A stretch of DNA of 64,000 nt. It comes from Octopus vulgaris (lineage: Eukaryota). This document shows, one piece after another, positions 42,463 to 55,512 of this stretch (position 1 is its first letter; each line of letters starts with the position of its first letter). Position numbers and translations under genes: made by a program. Under the pieces are notes generated by a model that had not been told where the DNA came from, ran no database searches, and saw only the letters and a list, made by a program, of their open reading frames with translations. The stretch lies in the NCBI GenBank assembly GCA_951406725.2, contig OX597838.1, forward strand, positions 4,588,001 to 4,652,000, read 5' to 3'.

Positions 42463-42822
42463 GGTTATATATAGTATGAAGTAATAACTAGACATCGTAA
42501 GTGTAGCAATATTTGTTATTCTGCAACAAGTTGGAAATCTACGTTTTATAGTCATTCTAATTCTTTTAAATATAGAAGAAAAGGTAATTCTACAAACCTT
42601 AGTAAATACATTTGGAATTTGAAGAATAAAAATATTAAATATGATTTAAAGTTGTCCATTATTAGTGAAGCACCATCGTATACTGTTGGTAATTCTACTT
42701 ATGATCTTTGCCCAGAATTATATTTTATAATTACTTGTAAATTAATTTTATTGAATTTTTATGGGCACTTAAATTTAAGTTGTTGCCATAAATTTAGAAA
42801 AACATTCAAATACTTTAATTAA
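42463..42822 (+). pseudogene. Penelope-like element GIY-YIG endonuclease remnant
   Basis: Frame translation GYI*YEVITRHRKCSNICYSATSWKSTFYSHSNSFKYRRKGNSTNLSKYIWNLKNKNIKYDLKLSIISEAPSYTVGNSTYDLCPELYFII...CCHK resembles the PLE endonuclease C-terminus (H..SF...ST.LSKYIW.LK....Y.....C.LC). One in-frame stop. Confidence 0.8.
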
Positions 42823-44172
42823 TGATTATAATAATCATTTAGTTAATTATTATATAATAAGGTTGATTTATATTGAAGTGCTTAATATAATGAGTAGGTA
42901 ATTAATTATAGCAATGTAAAGTATCTAAGCTTTGATTAAGCATAATGTAGAATAGTTATGAATGATTTTATTCTTTTAATTATCCACCGAGATCATCAAG
43001 AATTGTATATATTATTAATTATAGTATTTTTCAATTATTATGTAATAATCACAATTCTCATAAAAGGGAATAATATAAATATAAATAGGCATTTATTTAT
43101 CGTATCTGTCACTTTTAATCTTTAGTTATCTAGCGTAGTCATCAATAATTGTATATATTATTATTAATTATACTAATACTTTAATTATTATATAATGAGG
43201 TTAATTCCTATATAAGAGATTATTAAATTGAATAAAGGGATATTTGACTATCTTTTCTGTATTGTTTATTTTTTAATTAGCAATGAGATCCTCGGTGGTT
43301 GTATAGGTTCAATATAATAATCCTTCAGTTATCTGAAAATAATGTTAATTCCAAAAGAAGGCTTTGTTATATTAAATAAATAAACAGGTAATTAATTTCT
43401 GCGATGTAAAGTATATAAGTTTCTATTAAGCGTTAAGTAAATTTATTATCTGTAGATTTTATTCTTTAATTATCTATTAAGAATAACGTAGAATTCTTGT
43501 CTGTGGTTTTTGTTTTTTTACATATTGAATGACGTCATAAATTCTCGTAGATAAATATGCTAGTTTCCGATGTTATGCTTTAAAATTTTTTATGTAGATT
43601 TCAAATTGGAAAAGAAATCTACATAATTGGTACGGCATTTCATCTTTTATTTTTATAAAGTAAGTAATGGTTGAATGAATGAATGAATGTCTAAAGTTAA
43701 ATTTGGTCTAGCGTTTCTTTTTGTTAGCATTTTTAACAACTAAATTTTTTTTTTCATATGTTCAGTTAGAATTTCACAAATTTTGATTACCTTCATAATG
43801 TTGTGTTGACATAAATTTCATACATATTATTATTAATTTTAATATTATATATATATGTCCCTAACTTCAAAACACGGAGTAGATAAAACAAAAGACAACT
43901 GATGAAGAAAATGTTCTTTATGTTGCCTATCTCGTTTCTCTGTTTGTTTCTTTCGTTATTCGAAAAAAAGTTCGTTTTCTAAGTTTTTGTTTTTTATATT
44001 CCCGTTTCTCATTTTGTCTACGTTTTTTGATATCCTGTACCCATATATGCATGTATATATACATATATGTGTAAGTATGTAGATATATGTATGTATATAT
44101 GCACAAATTTATATATTATTTATATTATTATTATATATATATATACATGTAGGAGTGAGGAATATATATATA

Positions 44173-44216
<44 letters not shown>

Positions 44217-44217
<1 letters not shown>

Positions 44218-44631
44218 GAGCAAAATGCCCCCGTCCAACGGATGGTGCTGAGTTGTCAAACATTCAAAACAAATTTTCTCAAAACTACTTGTCTGACCGT
44301 CCCATAGGTCTCCCCTTTGCGAAACACTGATTTAACCTAAATTTTAAACATCATCAAAGAAAAACGATTTTATACACACAAATATGCAACCGAAGAGTTT
44401 AAAGTACCAGTAAGTACATCGCAACAGCTGATATACTTGCGCGTGCAAATGCACGTTCCCACGGCTTTATCGATCGCATTCTCACTTGGAATAGAATTTT
44501 GTCATTTTTCAAGACTTATACACGCCCTGATACCGTCGGTATCTAAATATCAAATTTGAGCGCAATCGGATGGAGGATGTCCGAGATCATACAAGACACA
44601 CAGACAGACAGAATGGATTTTATAAAATAGA
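44217..44631 (-). mobile_element. Non-autonomous Helitron-like element
   Basis: On the minus strand it begins A|TC(TATTTTATAAAA) with an internal (CTGT)n, and ends with a GC-rich hairpin (plus-strand CCGT-CCA-ACGG, 44231-44241) ~10 nt before CTCG|T (CTRR-like). Inserted between A and T with no TSD. Confidence 0.65.
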
Positions 44632-45688
44632 TGGATGTATGCATATGTTAATGCAAGTGAAACAATAGTTAGATTTTTAAGATGCGATGTAAAATAAAGT
44701 TAGGATTTTCTTCGTCCATATTTCTGATGGTTGTTAATACTTAGAATTTCTCAAAATTCTGCATAATTTCACGGTTGAACGGAAAAATAACGGCGTCAAC
44801 TTTACTACTCTATGATGGATCGGGACTGTAAGGGTCACGAGTTCAGTCCCTTCGTCAGAACTCAGGGAGTAAAAGAAAAAGTATTCTTAAAGTTTTGGAT
44901 TTTTTCCAAGAACTAAAAGACCTAGACATTTATTTTGAATTTACAACGTCCAGGTTTTGGACTGGTGTACCCAGCTATTTGCGTGCTCAACTACAATTCA
45001 AGGAAATGACAGAGAAAAGCTGGCTACAGATCTAATTGTGTATATTTCATCGATGACAAGGACGAGGGAACGGTTAACTATTAACAGACATTGCAAAGTA
45101 ATTCCATAATTCTATTGAAACTTGCTTAACGCTATAACAAATTTATTGAGGAATTTAAACTAGATAATAACTTGAAAAATTGTCGGACTTAATTTGCATA
45201 TTTGAAATTTAAATATATAATTAGTTAATTTGCGTATTTAATTAAATATTGAATTAGTTATTGTTCTAAAATCTGCAGGTTGGCTCAAGCACCAGGTATT
45301 ACCAATATTGATGAGCGTTGCCACTTACACAACTTCAGGTATTTCATTCAAGAAATATTAATTTGGAGAATACAATCAATTTTCGACCATCTTTATATTT
45401 GCGGTTGAAATTTTAGCAGAAAACTGCATTTTCATGAGTTAGCTGCATAAAATATGCAATAAATTCCATATTTCATTTGTTTATAAACTGCCAAATTTGA
45501 GGAAAGTCTGGTACGTGATGTGTTTTCTTAGTCAAATTATGTACCGAGATTAACAAAAAAAAAAAAAATATAGCGTTTTAAAATCACAAAATAACTAAAC
45601 AACAAGAGATGCATTCTATAGCAAATCCTTCATTTTGTTTCAAATAAAAATGTACATGATGGTAACTCCAGAACGTATTGTGGAACAC

Positions 45689-45731
<43 letters not shown>

Positions 45732-45812
45732 TAAAGAGTCACGTGTGAGTATTCACCATGTGGAATCTGATGCCCACAATCTTCGAATAGAACAAATTCT
45801 TGTGTTTTCTAA

Positions 45813-46600
45813 GGCAGCGAGCTGGCAGAAACGTTAGAACACCGGGCGAAATGCGCAGCCGTATTTCGTCTGCCGTTACGTTCTGAGTTCAAAATTTCGT
45901 CAAGGTCGACTTTGCTTTTCATCCTTTCAGGGTCGATAAATTAAGTACCAGTTGCGCACTGGGGTCGATGCAATCGACTTAATCTCTTTGTCTGTCCTTG
46001 TTTGTCCACTCTGTATTTAGCCCCTTTTGGGCAGTAAAGAAATAGGTATTTCGTCTGTCGCTACGTTCTGAGTTCAAATTCCGCCGAGGTCGACTTTGCG
46101 TTTCATTCTTTCGGGGTCGATTAAATAAGTACCAGTTACGCACTGGGGTTGATATAATCGACTTAATCCGTTTGTCTGTCCTTGTTTGTTCCTTCTATGT
46201 TTAGCCCCTTTTGGGCAGTAAAGAAATAGGTATTTCGTCTAGCTTTACGTTCTGTGTCCAAATTCCGCCGAGGTAGACTTTGCCTTTCATCCTTTGGGGG
46301 TCGATAAATTAAGTACCATTTACGCACTGGGGTTGATATAATCGACTTAATCCGTTTGTCTGTCCTTGTTTGTTCCGTCTATGTTTAGTCCCTTTTGGGC
46401 AGTAGAGAAATAGATATTTCGTCTGCCGCTACATTCTGTGTTCAAATTCCGCTGTAGTCGACTTTGCCTTTTATCCTTTCGGGCTCGATAAATTAAGTAC
46501 CAGTTACGCACTGGGGTCGATGTAATCGACTTAATCCGTTTGTATGTCATTGTTTGTCCCCTCTATGTTTAGCCCCTTGTGGGCAATAAAGAAATAAGAA
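45813..46600 (+). mobile_element. SINE family A, head plus four tandem ~184-bp bodies
   Basis: Junctions AGAAATAG(G/A)TATTTCGTCT recur at 46045, 46229 and 46413 (184-bp period). Confidence 0.9.
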
Positions 46601-47466
46601 AATACAGACGGGTAGATAGGAAGAAAGATATATATAGATAGATAGGTAGATAAATAGATAGATAGAGTGACGATAGAGAGATAGAAAATATATGGGTAGA
46701 TAAACAGACAGACAGACAGACAAGTGGGTAAATAGATTATTAAAGCGATAGCTAGGTAGACAGATGTCTTTATACAGATGTGTGTACCTTAAATATAAGA
46801 GCTAATGAGTTTCCCAAACTTGTTTTTGTTGCTGTTATTGGCTATCATTAGAGACTGCGTGTATATAAGTATGCGCATATGTGTGTGTATGTGTGTATGT
46901 GTGTTTGTGTGTTTGTGTGTGTGCATGAAAACAGTTCAATCTGTATGTAAATATGGTTGTGTGCCCATCATTTAGACGTGGTTTTGCTATGTTTTTTTTT
47001 TTTTGTTATCACTTCTGTAAACGCCGCTTTGTGTTATCGCTGCGCAGAAAAACATTGAATAAAATGCTTCTTAAACGTGTGACTTTTGTCGATCTTACGC
47101 TTGTTGTTGTTGTTGTTGTTGTTGTTGACGATGATGTTGTTGTAGTTGTTGTTGTTGTTATACTTGATTTCTCTGTTTGTTTGCTCGTTCCATTATTTTC
47201 CAATACAGTCGATTTATCCAGAATAAACACAATTACACGCTTTTTATTGTACGTCTGTTTAAAAGGAAAAAAAAAACAGTAAAGAGAAAACAAAACAACA
47301 ACAACAACAACAACAACAACAAAAACAAGCAAAAAACAAATTTGAAAATTTTTTTTCCCAGATCCGGTTTGTTATATTATCTTTAGTTATATTGACACAC
47401 AGACATACACACGTTTGTTTGTATATATATGCTTATTTATATTTTTATAAACATGCATGAATTACG

Positions 47467-47532
<66 letters not shown>

Positions 47533-47840
47533 ATATATATATATATGTATATATATATGCATATATATGTAAATATATATAATATAATATGGGTGTTGGT
47601 ATATATAAATGTACACGTATCTATATCCATAATTACATACGTACACAGTCATGATACACATAAACACACACAGGGTTATATCTCAATATGTCATGTATGT
47701 ATATATGTGTGTTTATATGTGTACATATATATATATTTATATATATAAATATATATATATGCACATTTCTACTATGTCCATAGGTGTGTGCGTGAGCGCG
47801 TGTAGTGTGTTTATGTATATAGATATATTAATATATGTAT

Positions 47841-47871
<31 letters not shown>

Positions 47872-47998
47872 TATGTATATATATATATCCGTGTGTGTGT
47901 GTTTAATATTATGTATATACAACTACGCACATACTGCAGACAGATGGATACTCACATACATATATATATATATATATGTATGTATGTATGTATGTAGG

Positions 47999-48050
<52 letters not shown>

Positions 48051-48821
48051 CACGCACACATATTTCAAATTATTCTTCACGTTCGAGAAAAGCAAATAGA
48101 AATCCTTCCAGTTCCGGAGCAAATAATGAGATAAGAATGAAAATAAACAGATTCCGTTGTTTGACAAATTTTGTCACGTTTATTTCTTTTAAAACTGATG
48201 AGCAGCTTAATGAAAGTCTGATTAATCAGGTAATGTGGAAAGCTGAAAAAGCGAAAATAATGCAAATCTAAATAAACAAGAAACGAACGAACATTTCCAA
48301 AGCAAAGATGGCCGACGACTCTTCTTTTCTACAATATCTGTGTTGCTTCTCTGTGATATTTGTTTGTACATTTTGTTATTTGTGTGTGTGTGTGTGTGTG
48401 TGTTTGTGCATTTGTTTGTCGGTGTTAATTACTTTCTGTCGCTGCATACACATATACACACTAATATACACTCTGTTTATCAGTCTCACGTATATGGGAT
48501 ATATGTATATATAACCCCCATTTATACATGCACACAGACATACGCACACACACACACACACACACGCAGAAATAAATAAGTAGCCTGACTCACGCACCCA
48601 CATAATTCATATATATATATTTATATTCACGTTTGTTATTTTATAGTAATTACTGGTATCCTTATATATTACTATATTTTATATCTTATATGTAGAGCAT
48701 AATATGTTATATGTATGTATATTTTTGTAATTGTCATTTTAGTAAATAAGTAAATAAGTTAACATAATATAATGTCTAAAAGTTGATGAACCACCTATTG
48801 ATCCCCTCCATTTTCTTATTG

Positions 48822-48857
<36 letters not shown>

Positions 48858-48875
48858 TACATAAATTTATACATA

Positions 48876-49216
48876 CATAGACCTGATATAAGGATTTGGG
48901 ATAGAGAAGAGAAACTGTGCATAGTTGTAGAAATTGGCTGTCCGGCGGATGTTAACATAAGGCTGAAGATCAGTGGAAAAGAGAGTACCTACTCCGGACT
49001 ATTGATAAATCTGCAGTTATTCTATCCAGATTATAAATTTAGGTCTAAACTTGTGATTATTGGAGCAATGGATTATATAACAGACTGCATAAATACAAAT
49101 CTTGATAAATTAGGCCTTTCAAAATGAGGAAGGAGAAAGATGATTCGGTGACTACACATCCAATCCATTACTGGAACTATAAAAATCTGTAAAGTTTTCC
49201 AGAAGTTAATCATTTA
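48876..49216 (+). pseudogene. 3' fragment of a non-LTR retrotransposon with restriction-like endonuclease (R4/Dong/NeSL type)
   Basis: HRPDIRIWDREEKLCIVVEIGCPADVNIRLKISGKESTYSGLLINLQLFYPDYKFRSKLVIIGAM... carries the RPD...(D/E)..P.D.N...K...K..Y RLE signature. 5'-truncated next to (TA)n, with stops downstream. Confidence 0.8.
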
Positions 49217-49237
49217 AGTATATATGAACAGGTCTAA

Positions 49238-49472
49238 GGAGCACTCCGTCGGTTACGACGACGAGGGTCCCAGCTGATACGATCAACGGAACAGCTTGCT
49301 CGTGAAATTAACGTGCAAGTGACTGAACAATCCACAGACACGTCTACCCCTAATGTAGTTCTCAGGGAGATTCAGCGTGACACAGAGTGAGAAAAGGCCG
49401 GCCCTTTGGAATACAGGTGCAGCTCATTTTTGCCAGCTGAGTGGACTGGAGCAACGTGAAATAAAGTGTCTT
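49238..49472 (-). mobile_element. SINE family C, 5'-truncated
   Basis: CGACGAGGGTCCCAG...GGGAGATTCAGCGTGACACAGAG...CAGCTGAGTGGACTGGAG matches 17170-17410. Confidence 0.8.
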
Positions 49473-49985
49473 TAGTAGGACTGAACCTGGAACCATAAGA
49501 TTCGCAAGCGAACTTTTTTATCACACAGCCACATAGTTATTGTATATTTTTTCACTTTTTATTTTTTAAAACTTTTAGCAACATTCTGTAATTCTTTAAT
49601 TTTCTTTCTTGTGTTCTTGTGTCTTAGGTTTGTCTTTCTTCATGTGCCACAGATAATCGTTAACAATGCAAAATTCCTCTGCAGTTATGCAAGAATATAA
49701 AACTTGGTAATTCTTCTCTCGAAAATACTCCATGTGTTTAAACTCAGCGAACAGAATTTGTCAGCAGCTGGGATTATCATGAGATTTGGTTTTGGTTTTA
49801 TGTCTACCGCAAACGTGACTGATTAATTCTATGTATGTATGTATGTATGTATGTATGTATGTATGTATGTATGTATGTATGTATGTATGTATGTATGTAT
49901 GTATGTATGCATGTATGTATGCACGTATGTATGTATGCATCTATCGATCTGTCTGTCTGTCTGTGCCTATCTCTCTCTTTCTATG

Positions 49986-50018
<33 letters not shown>

Positions 50019-50020
<2 letters not shown>

Positions 50021-50820
50021 CACAGGAGTAGCTGTGTGGTAAGACGCTTGGTTCTCAGCCACATGGTTTCGGGTTCAGTCACACTGCGTGGTACATTGGG
50101 CAAGTGTCTTTTACTATAGCCTTGTGAGTGGATTTGGTAGCCGAAAACTGAATGAAGCTTGTGTTGTGTATATATATATATGAGTGGCTGTGTGGTAAGT
50201 AGCTTGTTTACCAACCACATGGTCCCGGGTTCAGTACCACTGCGTGGCACCTTGGGCAAGTGTCTTCTACTATAGCCTCGGGCCGACCAAAGCCTTGTGA
50301 GTGGATTTGGTAGACGGAAACTGAAAGAAGCCCGTCGTATATATGTATATATATATGTATGCGTGTGTATGTTTGTGTGTCTGTGTTTGTCCCCCTAGCA
50401 TTGCTTGACAACCGATGCCGGTGTGTTTACGTCTCCGTTACTTAGCGGTTCGGCAAAAGAGACCGATAGAATAAGTACTGGGCTTACAAAAGAATAAGTC
50501 CCGGGGTCGAGTTGCTCGACTAAAGGCGGTGCTCCAGCAAGGCCGCAGTCAGCTGACTGAAACAAGTAAAAGAGTAAAGAGTAATATATATATATATACA
50601 TGTATATGTTTGTGAGTCTGTGTTTTTCCCCATCATCTCTTAACAACTGATGTTGGTGTGTTTACGTCCCCCGTAACATAGCGGTTCGGCAAAATAGATC
50701 GATAGGATAAGTACTAGGCTTACAAACAATAAGTCCTGGTGTCGATTTTGTTCAAATAAAGACGGTGCTCCTGCATGGCCGCAGTTAAATGACTGAAAAA
50801 ATTCAAATAGTGAAAGAGAG
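50019..50820 (+). mobile_element. SINE family B cluster: partial head 50019-50165, near-full copy 50182-50584, extra 3' half 50600-50820
   Basis: Same motifs as the reverse complement of 28714-29187. Confidence 0.9.
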
Positions 50821-50937
50821 GAACATCCCCCTCTCTTTCTCTCTGAATACGACTAGATCTTTTTTTGTAACCATCTCACCTGTCAGCGCTCTCTCAACGA
50901 ATTTCGTCAGCTTCTTTGCCTGGCATTCTGTTTCCTT

Positions 50938-51289
50938 AATGGCGTTGGAGGCGAGGTGGCAGAATTATTAGCATGTCGGGCGAAATGCTTAGCGGCATTT
51001 CGTCTGTCTTTGTGTTCTGTGTTCAAATTCCGCCGAGGTCGACGTTGTCTTTCATCCTTTCGGGGGTCGATAAATTAAGTACCAGTTGCGTACTGGGGTC
51101 GATCTAATCGACTGGTCCCCTCCCCCCCCATATTTCGGGCCTTGTGCCTAGAATAGAAAAGCCACTCACAAGGCTTTGGTCGGCCCGAGGCTATAGTAGA
51201 AGACACTTGCCCAATGTACCACGCAGTGTGACTGAACCCGAAACCATATGGCTGGGAACCAAGCGTCTTACCACACAGCTACTCCTGTG

Positions 51290-51367
<78 letters not shown>

Positions 51368-51655
51368 GAGAGAGATATAGGCACAGACAGAGAGACAGAC
51401 AGATAGATATCTCTTTCCGAAGGTTAATGGTTTCAGAGTTTGGTACAAAGCCAACAAGTACGGGGAGGATGGGGTGGGGTGGGGGCTTAGTAAACCTATT
51501 ATATCGACCCCAGTACTCAGCTGTTACCTATTTTATCGACCCCCGAAAGTTTGAAAGGGAAAGTCGACCTTGGGAGGAATTTGAAACCCAGAACGTAAAA
51601 ACGGGTGAAACACCGCTAAGCATTTGTCTCGGAGCGCCAACGATTCTGCTCTCTC
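50938..51655. mobile_element. SINE family A copies (+ 50938-51161; - ~51425-51655) around a family B head
   Basis: Family A motifs in opposite orientations. Confidence 0.8.
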
Positions 51656-52073
51656 GTAGCATTTCTTTCTGCTACAGACTGACACAGAGATACAGATACC
51701 TGCAATAAATATGCACATATATAAATAATAATACGTTCACACACAGACACACATACAACACACACACAACACACACACACAAAGCACATGTGCACGCACA
51801 CACACACACGTACACATTCTCACAAACATAAAACACACACAAACAGTAACGTACACACACACGGACATATATATATATATATATATACGACGGGCTTCTT
51901 TCAGTTTCCAAATTTACTCACAAACCTTTGGTCGGCCCGAGGCTACAGTAGAAGACGGTTGGATAAGGTGCCAGACAGTGAGATTGAACTGGGAACCATG
52001 TAGTTGAGAAGCAGACTTCTTACCACGCAGTCACACGTGCGTATATAGATTGATAATTTTGATAAGCATTTTA

Positions 52074-52740
52074 GGCGGCGAGCTGGCAGAAACGTTAGCA
52101 CGCCGAGCGATATGCGTAGCCGTATTTCGTCTGCCGTTACGTTGAGTTCAAATTCGCCGAGGTCGACGTTGTCTTTCATCCTTTCGGGATCGATTAAATA
52201 AGTACCATTTACGCACCGGGGAGGATATAATCGACTTAATCCGTTTGCCTGTCCTTGTTTGTCCTCTCTGTATTTAGCCCCTTGTACTTATTTAATCGAC
52301 CCTGAAAGGATGAAAGGCAAAGTCGACCTCGGCGGAATTTGAACTCAGAACGTAGCGGCAGACGAAATACCTATTTCTTTACTACCCACAAGGGGCTAAA
52401 CACAGAGGACAAACAAGGAAAGACAAACGGATTAAGTCGATTATATCCCGAATGGATGAAAAGCTAAGTCAACCTCGGCGGAATTTGAACTCAGAACGTA
52501 GCGGCAGACGAAATACCTATTTCTTTACTACCCACAAGGGGCTAAACACAGAGAGGACAAACAAGGATAGACAAACGGATTAAGTCGATTATATGGATGT
52601 CAGTGCGTAACTGGTACTTATTTAATCGACCCTGAAAGGATGAAAGGCAAAGTCGACCTCGGCGGAATTTGAACTCAGAACGTAAAGGCAAGCGAAATAC
52701 CTCCAGGCGTTTCAACAAACGATTCCGCTAGCCCGCCGCC
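52074..52740. mobile_element. SINE family A: plus-strand copy (52074-52285) abutting a minus-strand tandem array (52284-52740)
   Basis: Family A motifs occur in both orientations with no spacer between them. Confidence 0.9.
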
Positions 52741-53702
52741 TTAAAGCAGTAAATAACAGAAATTATATATAGCTTTACATATTTGCCTCATGATTCACTT
52801 TTCCAAAATGAAGTATTTCACGCTATCTCTAAAGTTAATAAAATTTGAAAACTATGGTGGCAGTTGAAAACTATTGTGGCAATGTAATGGCTGAAACCAA
52901 TGAAAGTTAAAAGATATTTCGTAATAGTAATTAATCCGGATTATCTTTTGTCAGAAGCTCTAATAGCATAAGCAAGACAATGAACCTGAGAAAGGAATAT
53001 AGCAATTACCGTCACGTCTTTTTTTAAAAGCATAATCTTTTTAGCGATCAGATATTATTTTCTGAACTATTTAATTTCTCTTCATCTGACGTGTTGGCGG
53101 CGATGACATCGTCTATATTTGTCACACAATCCTTTACTACAGATAATTGCTATACACACACACGCACGCTCGCACTCACACACACACACACACACGTACA
53201 TACATATGTGTGTGTGTGTATAGGGAGAAATAAGTTCTAAAAGAACAATTCAAACTTTTTGAGAGATCCAAAAAGAGAGGCAAAATGATTTCTTATAAAA
53301 ATTCATCATATCCATAAAAAACAGCCAGAGCAAGTAATAAAAATAGGAAAATAATAGTTGAAAAATTTCGTTATAGGTATAAATATACCATATATTTATA
53401 CCTATAAGGAAATTTTTCAAAGATATATATATATCGAAATTGCAAAGATAATCTGGAACTCGACTGAGGATAGAAAATTCCGATTGATATATATATTTAT
53501 ATACATACATACATACATGCATACATACATACATACATACATACATACATACATACCCACTCTTGTCGCTTTTTTCTTGGTTATAATCACCCCACATAAT
53601 TTTATGGTTAATACCATAAAGAATTCTGGTGCATCTAAGTTAAGTACCATATTCATTTGAATTCCTTTGAATTCATTTAAATCTTAATTGTTTTACATAC
53701 AT

Positions 53703-53753
<51 letters not shown>

Positions 53754-54267
53754 TATTTATATATATGTATATATGTATATATACATATATAATATTAGGG
53801 AATATTATTCCAAACTTACAGGCATTTCGAATAAATTTAAGCGTATCTCAGAAATGGTTAAAGCAGCTTTTATATTTAGCGTTTCTTTTTTTTTCACATT
53901 CTATTTGAATATTTAATAAGAACCATCACTTTAATTGAAATATTTTTATTGCATTAAAATTTGAATTTGACCGATATAATTTTAAATGTTACACGTACGA
54001 TAAATTTATAAGTTTATTAATTAAGTTTCCACTGGCGAAGAGTACCACGTACCTAATTGAAATTTTATCAAATTATCATTGATATATATCGAATTATCTT
54101 CAATATTTAATTCATTTTATTCATGTATACTACCGACAGAATTAGCATTACGTCACTTGGTATTTTTTAGAATTGTCTTCACAATTTTTAATATATTGGA
54201 AATTATTATTATCATCATCATTCTTCTTCTTCTTCTTCTTCTTCTTCTTCTTCTTCTTCTTCTTCTT

Positions 54268-54298
<31 letters not shown>

Positions 54299-54315
54299 TT
54301 ATTATTATTATTATT

Positions 54316-54866
54316 GAGTGAGAGAGCAGTGCATGCCATCAAAGTGACACTGGGGTAAAATATACGAAGCCCAATATACCCATCATGACTACCCGTCTGA
54401 TAAGGGTACACCAGACACATGCATCACAACCATATGTGCGCGACATGGTGATCTCATATCAAGATAGACAGCACATGACCTTGCGGGTGGGGCCCAGTTA
54501 GAATTTTCTTCAGGTTGAGTAGCCCATCCCGCTCAAAAGGTCCCTGAATAAGGGTTGTTTAAGGATGTTGAACGAAACACCCCTGTTTCCAGAGGTGAAT
54601 TATTCAAACCCCAAAGAATCCCTCTCAACACATGGCTATGATACTCCCCCACTACTTCTGCTCGTGATCAGAGATGCACATATCGTCAGCCACTAAGGGA
54701 CATGCTCAACTGGTTAAGGTCAAACAACTGACAAGCAAATCTGTGGTGTTGAGCAGAATATTTGCTGTAGCCCATCTTTTATACCAAGACAAAACAATGT
54801 ACATGATAACACTTCCAATCAGTTAAGATCAGAAGCCATGAGAGCCACTGCCTGGTACTGCATCAG
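54316..54866 (-). mobile_element. ~550-bp non-coding insertion inside a (TTA)n microsatellite (candidate non-autonomous microsatellite-targeting retroelement)
   Basis: Complex, relatively GC-rich sequence bounded exactly by (TTA)n at both sides (54297-54315, 54867-54880), with no long ORF. Strand is inferred from the (TAA)n 3' end. Confidence 0.5.
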
Positions 54867-55044
54867 ATTATTATTATTATAAACGTTAATGTTCAAGTCT
54901 TTCACAATTATCTCCCTTTAGGCTGGAACTATTTTGAATGGCGAATTTGTTAACTTTGGCTTGTATTAGATAAGGATAAACTATTCATTACTGTTACTAA
55001 ATTTTCTACAACCACCTTCACATTATATGACTACCACTGGGAAC

Positions 55045-55512
55045 GATCAGGTATCTAGTATTATGCCAAATTGCCGAGGTGGTGACGAAAGGCTATCTAG
55101 ACTAAACAGAAAAACTGACGAAAAGGGGGTTTTGTTTCGCCAGGAGAACGCACCAGTACTCAAGTCTTTGGTTTCAAAGGATGCTGTGCGTAACGGCTGC
55201 TTTGAACTGGTTGATAAGCCTCTATATTTTCCTAGTTTGGTATCCATTTGTCTATCATCTGATCCCCAACATAAAAAAACCCCTCTTGTTTGGGAACCAG
55301 TATCGCAGTTATGATGATGTCATATCTGTTGTTGATGTCTGTTTTGAATGACAAGATTAAAACTTCTTGAACAATGGAATCGAAGCACTGCATTACCAAT
55401 GGAAGAAATGTGTTTGCCACAAGAACGTTACGCTTAAGATTAAACCTCGTTTGGTCACATTCTCTGAAAGTATCTTGGTCAGCCGATGGCCTTTTCAGTC
55501 GTGCCTCGCATA
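55045..55512 (+). mobile_element. mariner element 3' remnant (catalytic domain fragment plus TIR)
   Basis: KGVLFRQENAPVLKSLVSKDAVRNGCFELVDKPLYFPSL matches the mariner (H/Q)DNAP.H...HPPYSPDL motif. Ends in TIR-like TTGGTCAGCCGATGGCCTTTTCAGTCGTGCCTCGCA followed by TA. Confidence 0.8.

Noticed and set aside
43119-43140. TCTTTAGTTATCTAGCGTAG resembles miR-9
   Set aside because: Seed mismatch and no complementary star arm; it lies in an AT-rich repeat.
45813-46600. Regularly spaced repeats as a CRISPR array or retrozyme
   Set aside because: Units are whole SINE bodies with no unique spacers and no ribozyme core, in a eukaryotic context.
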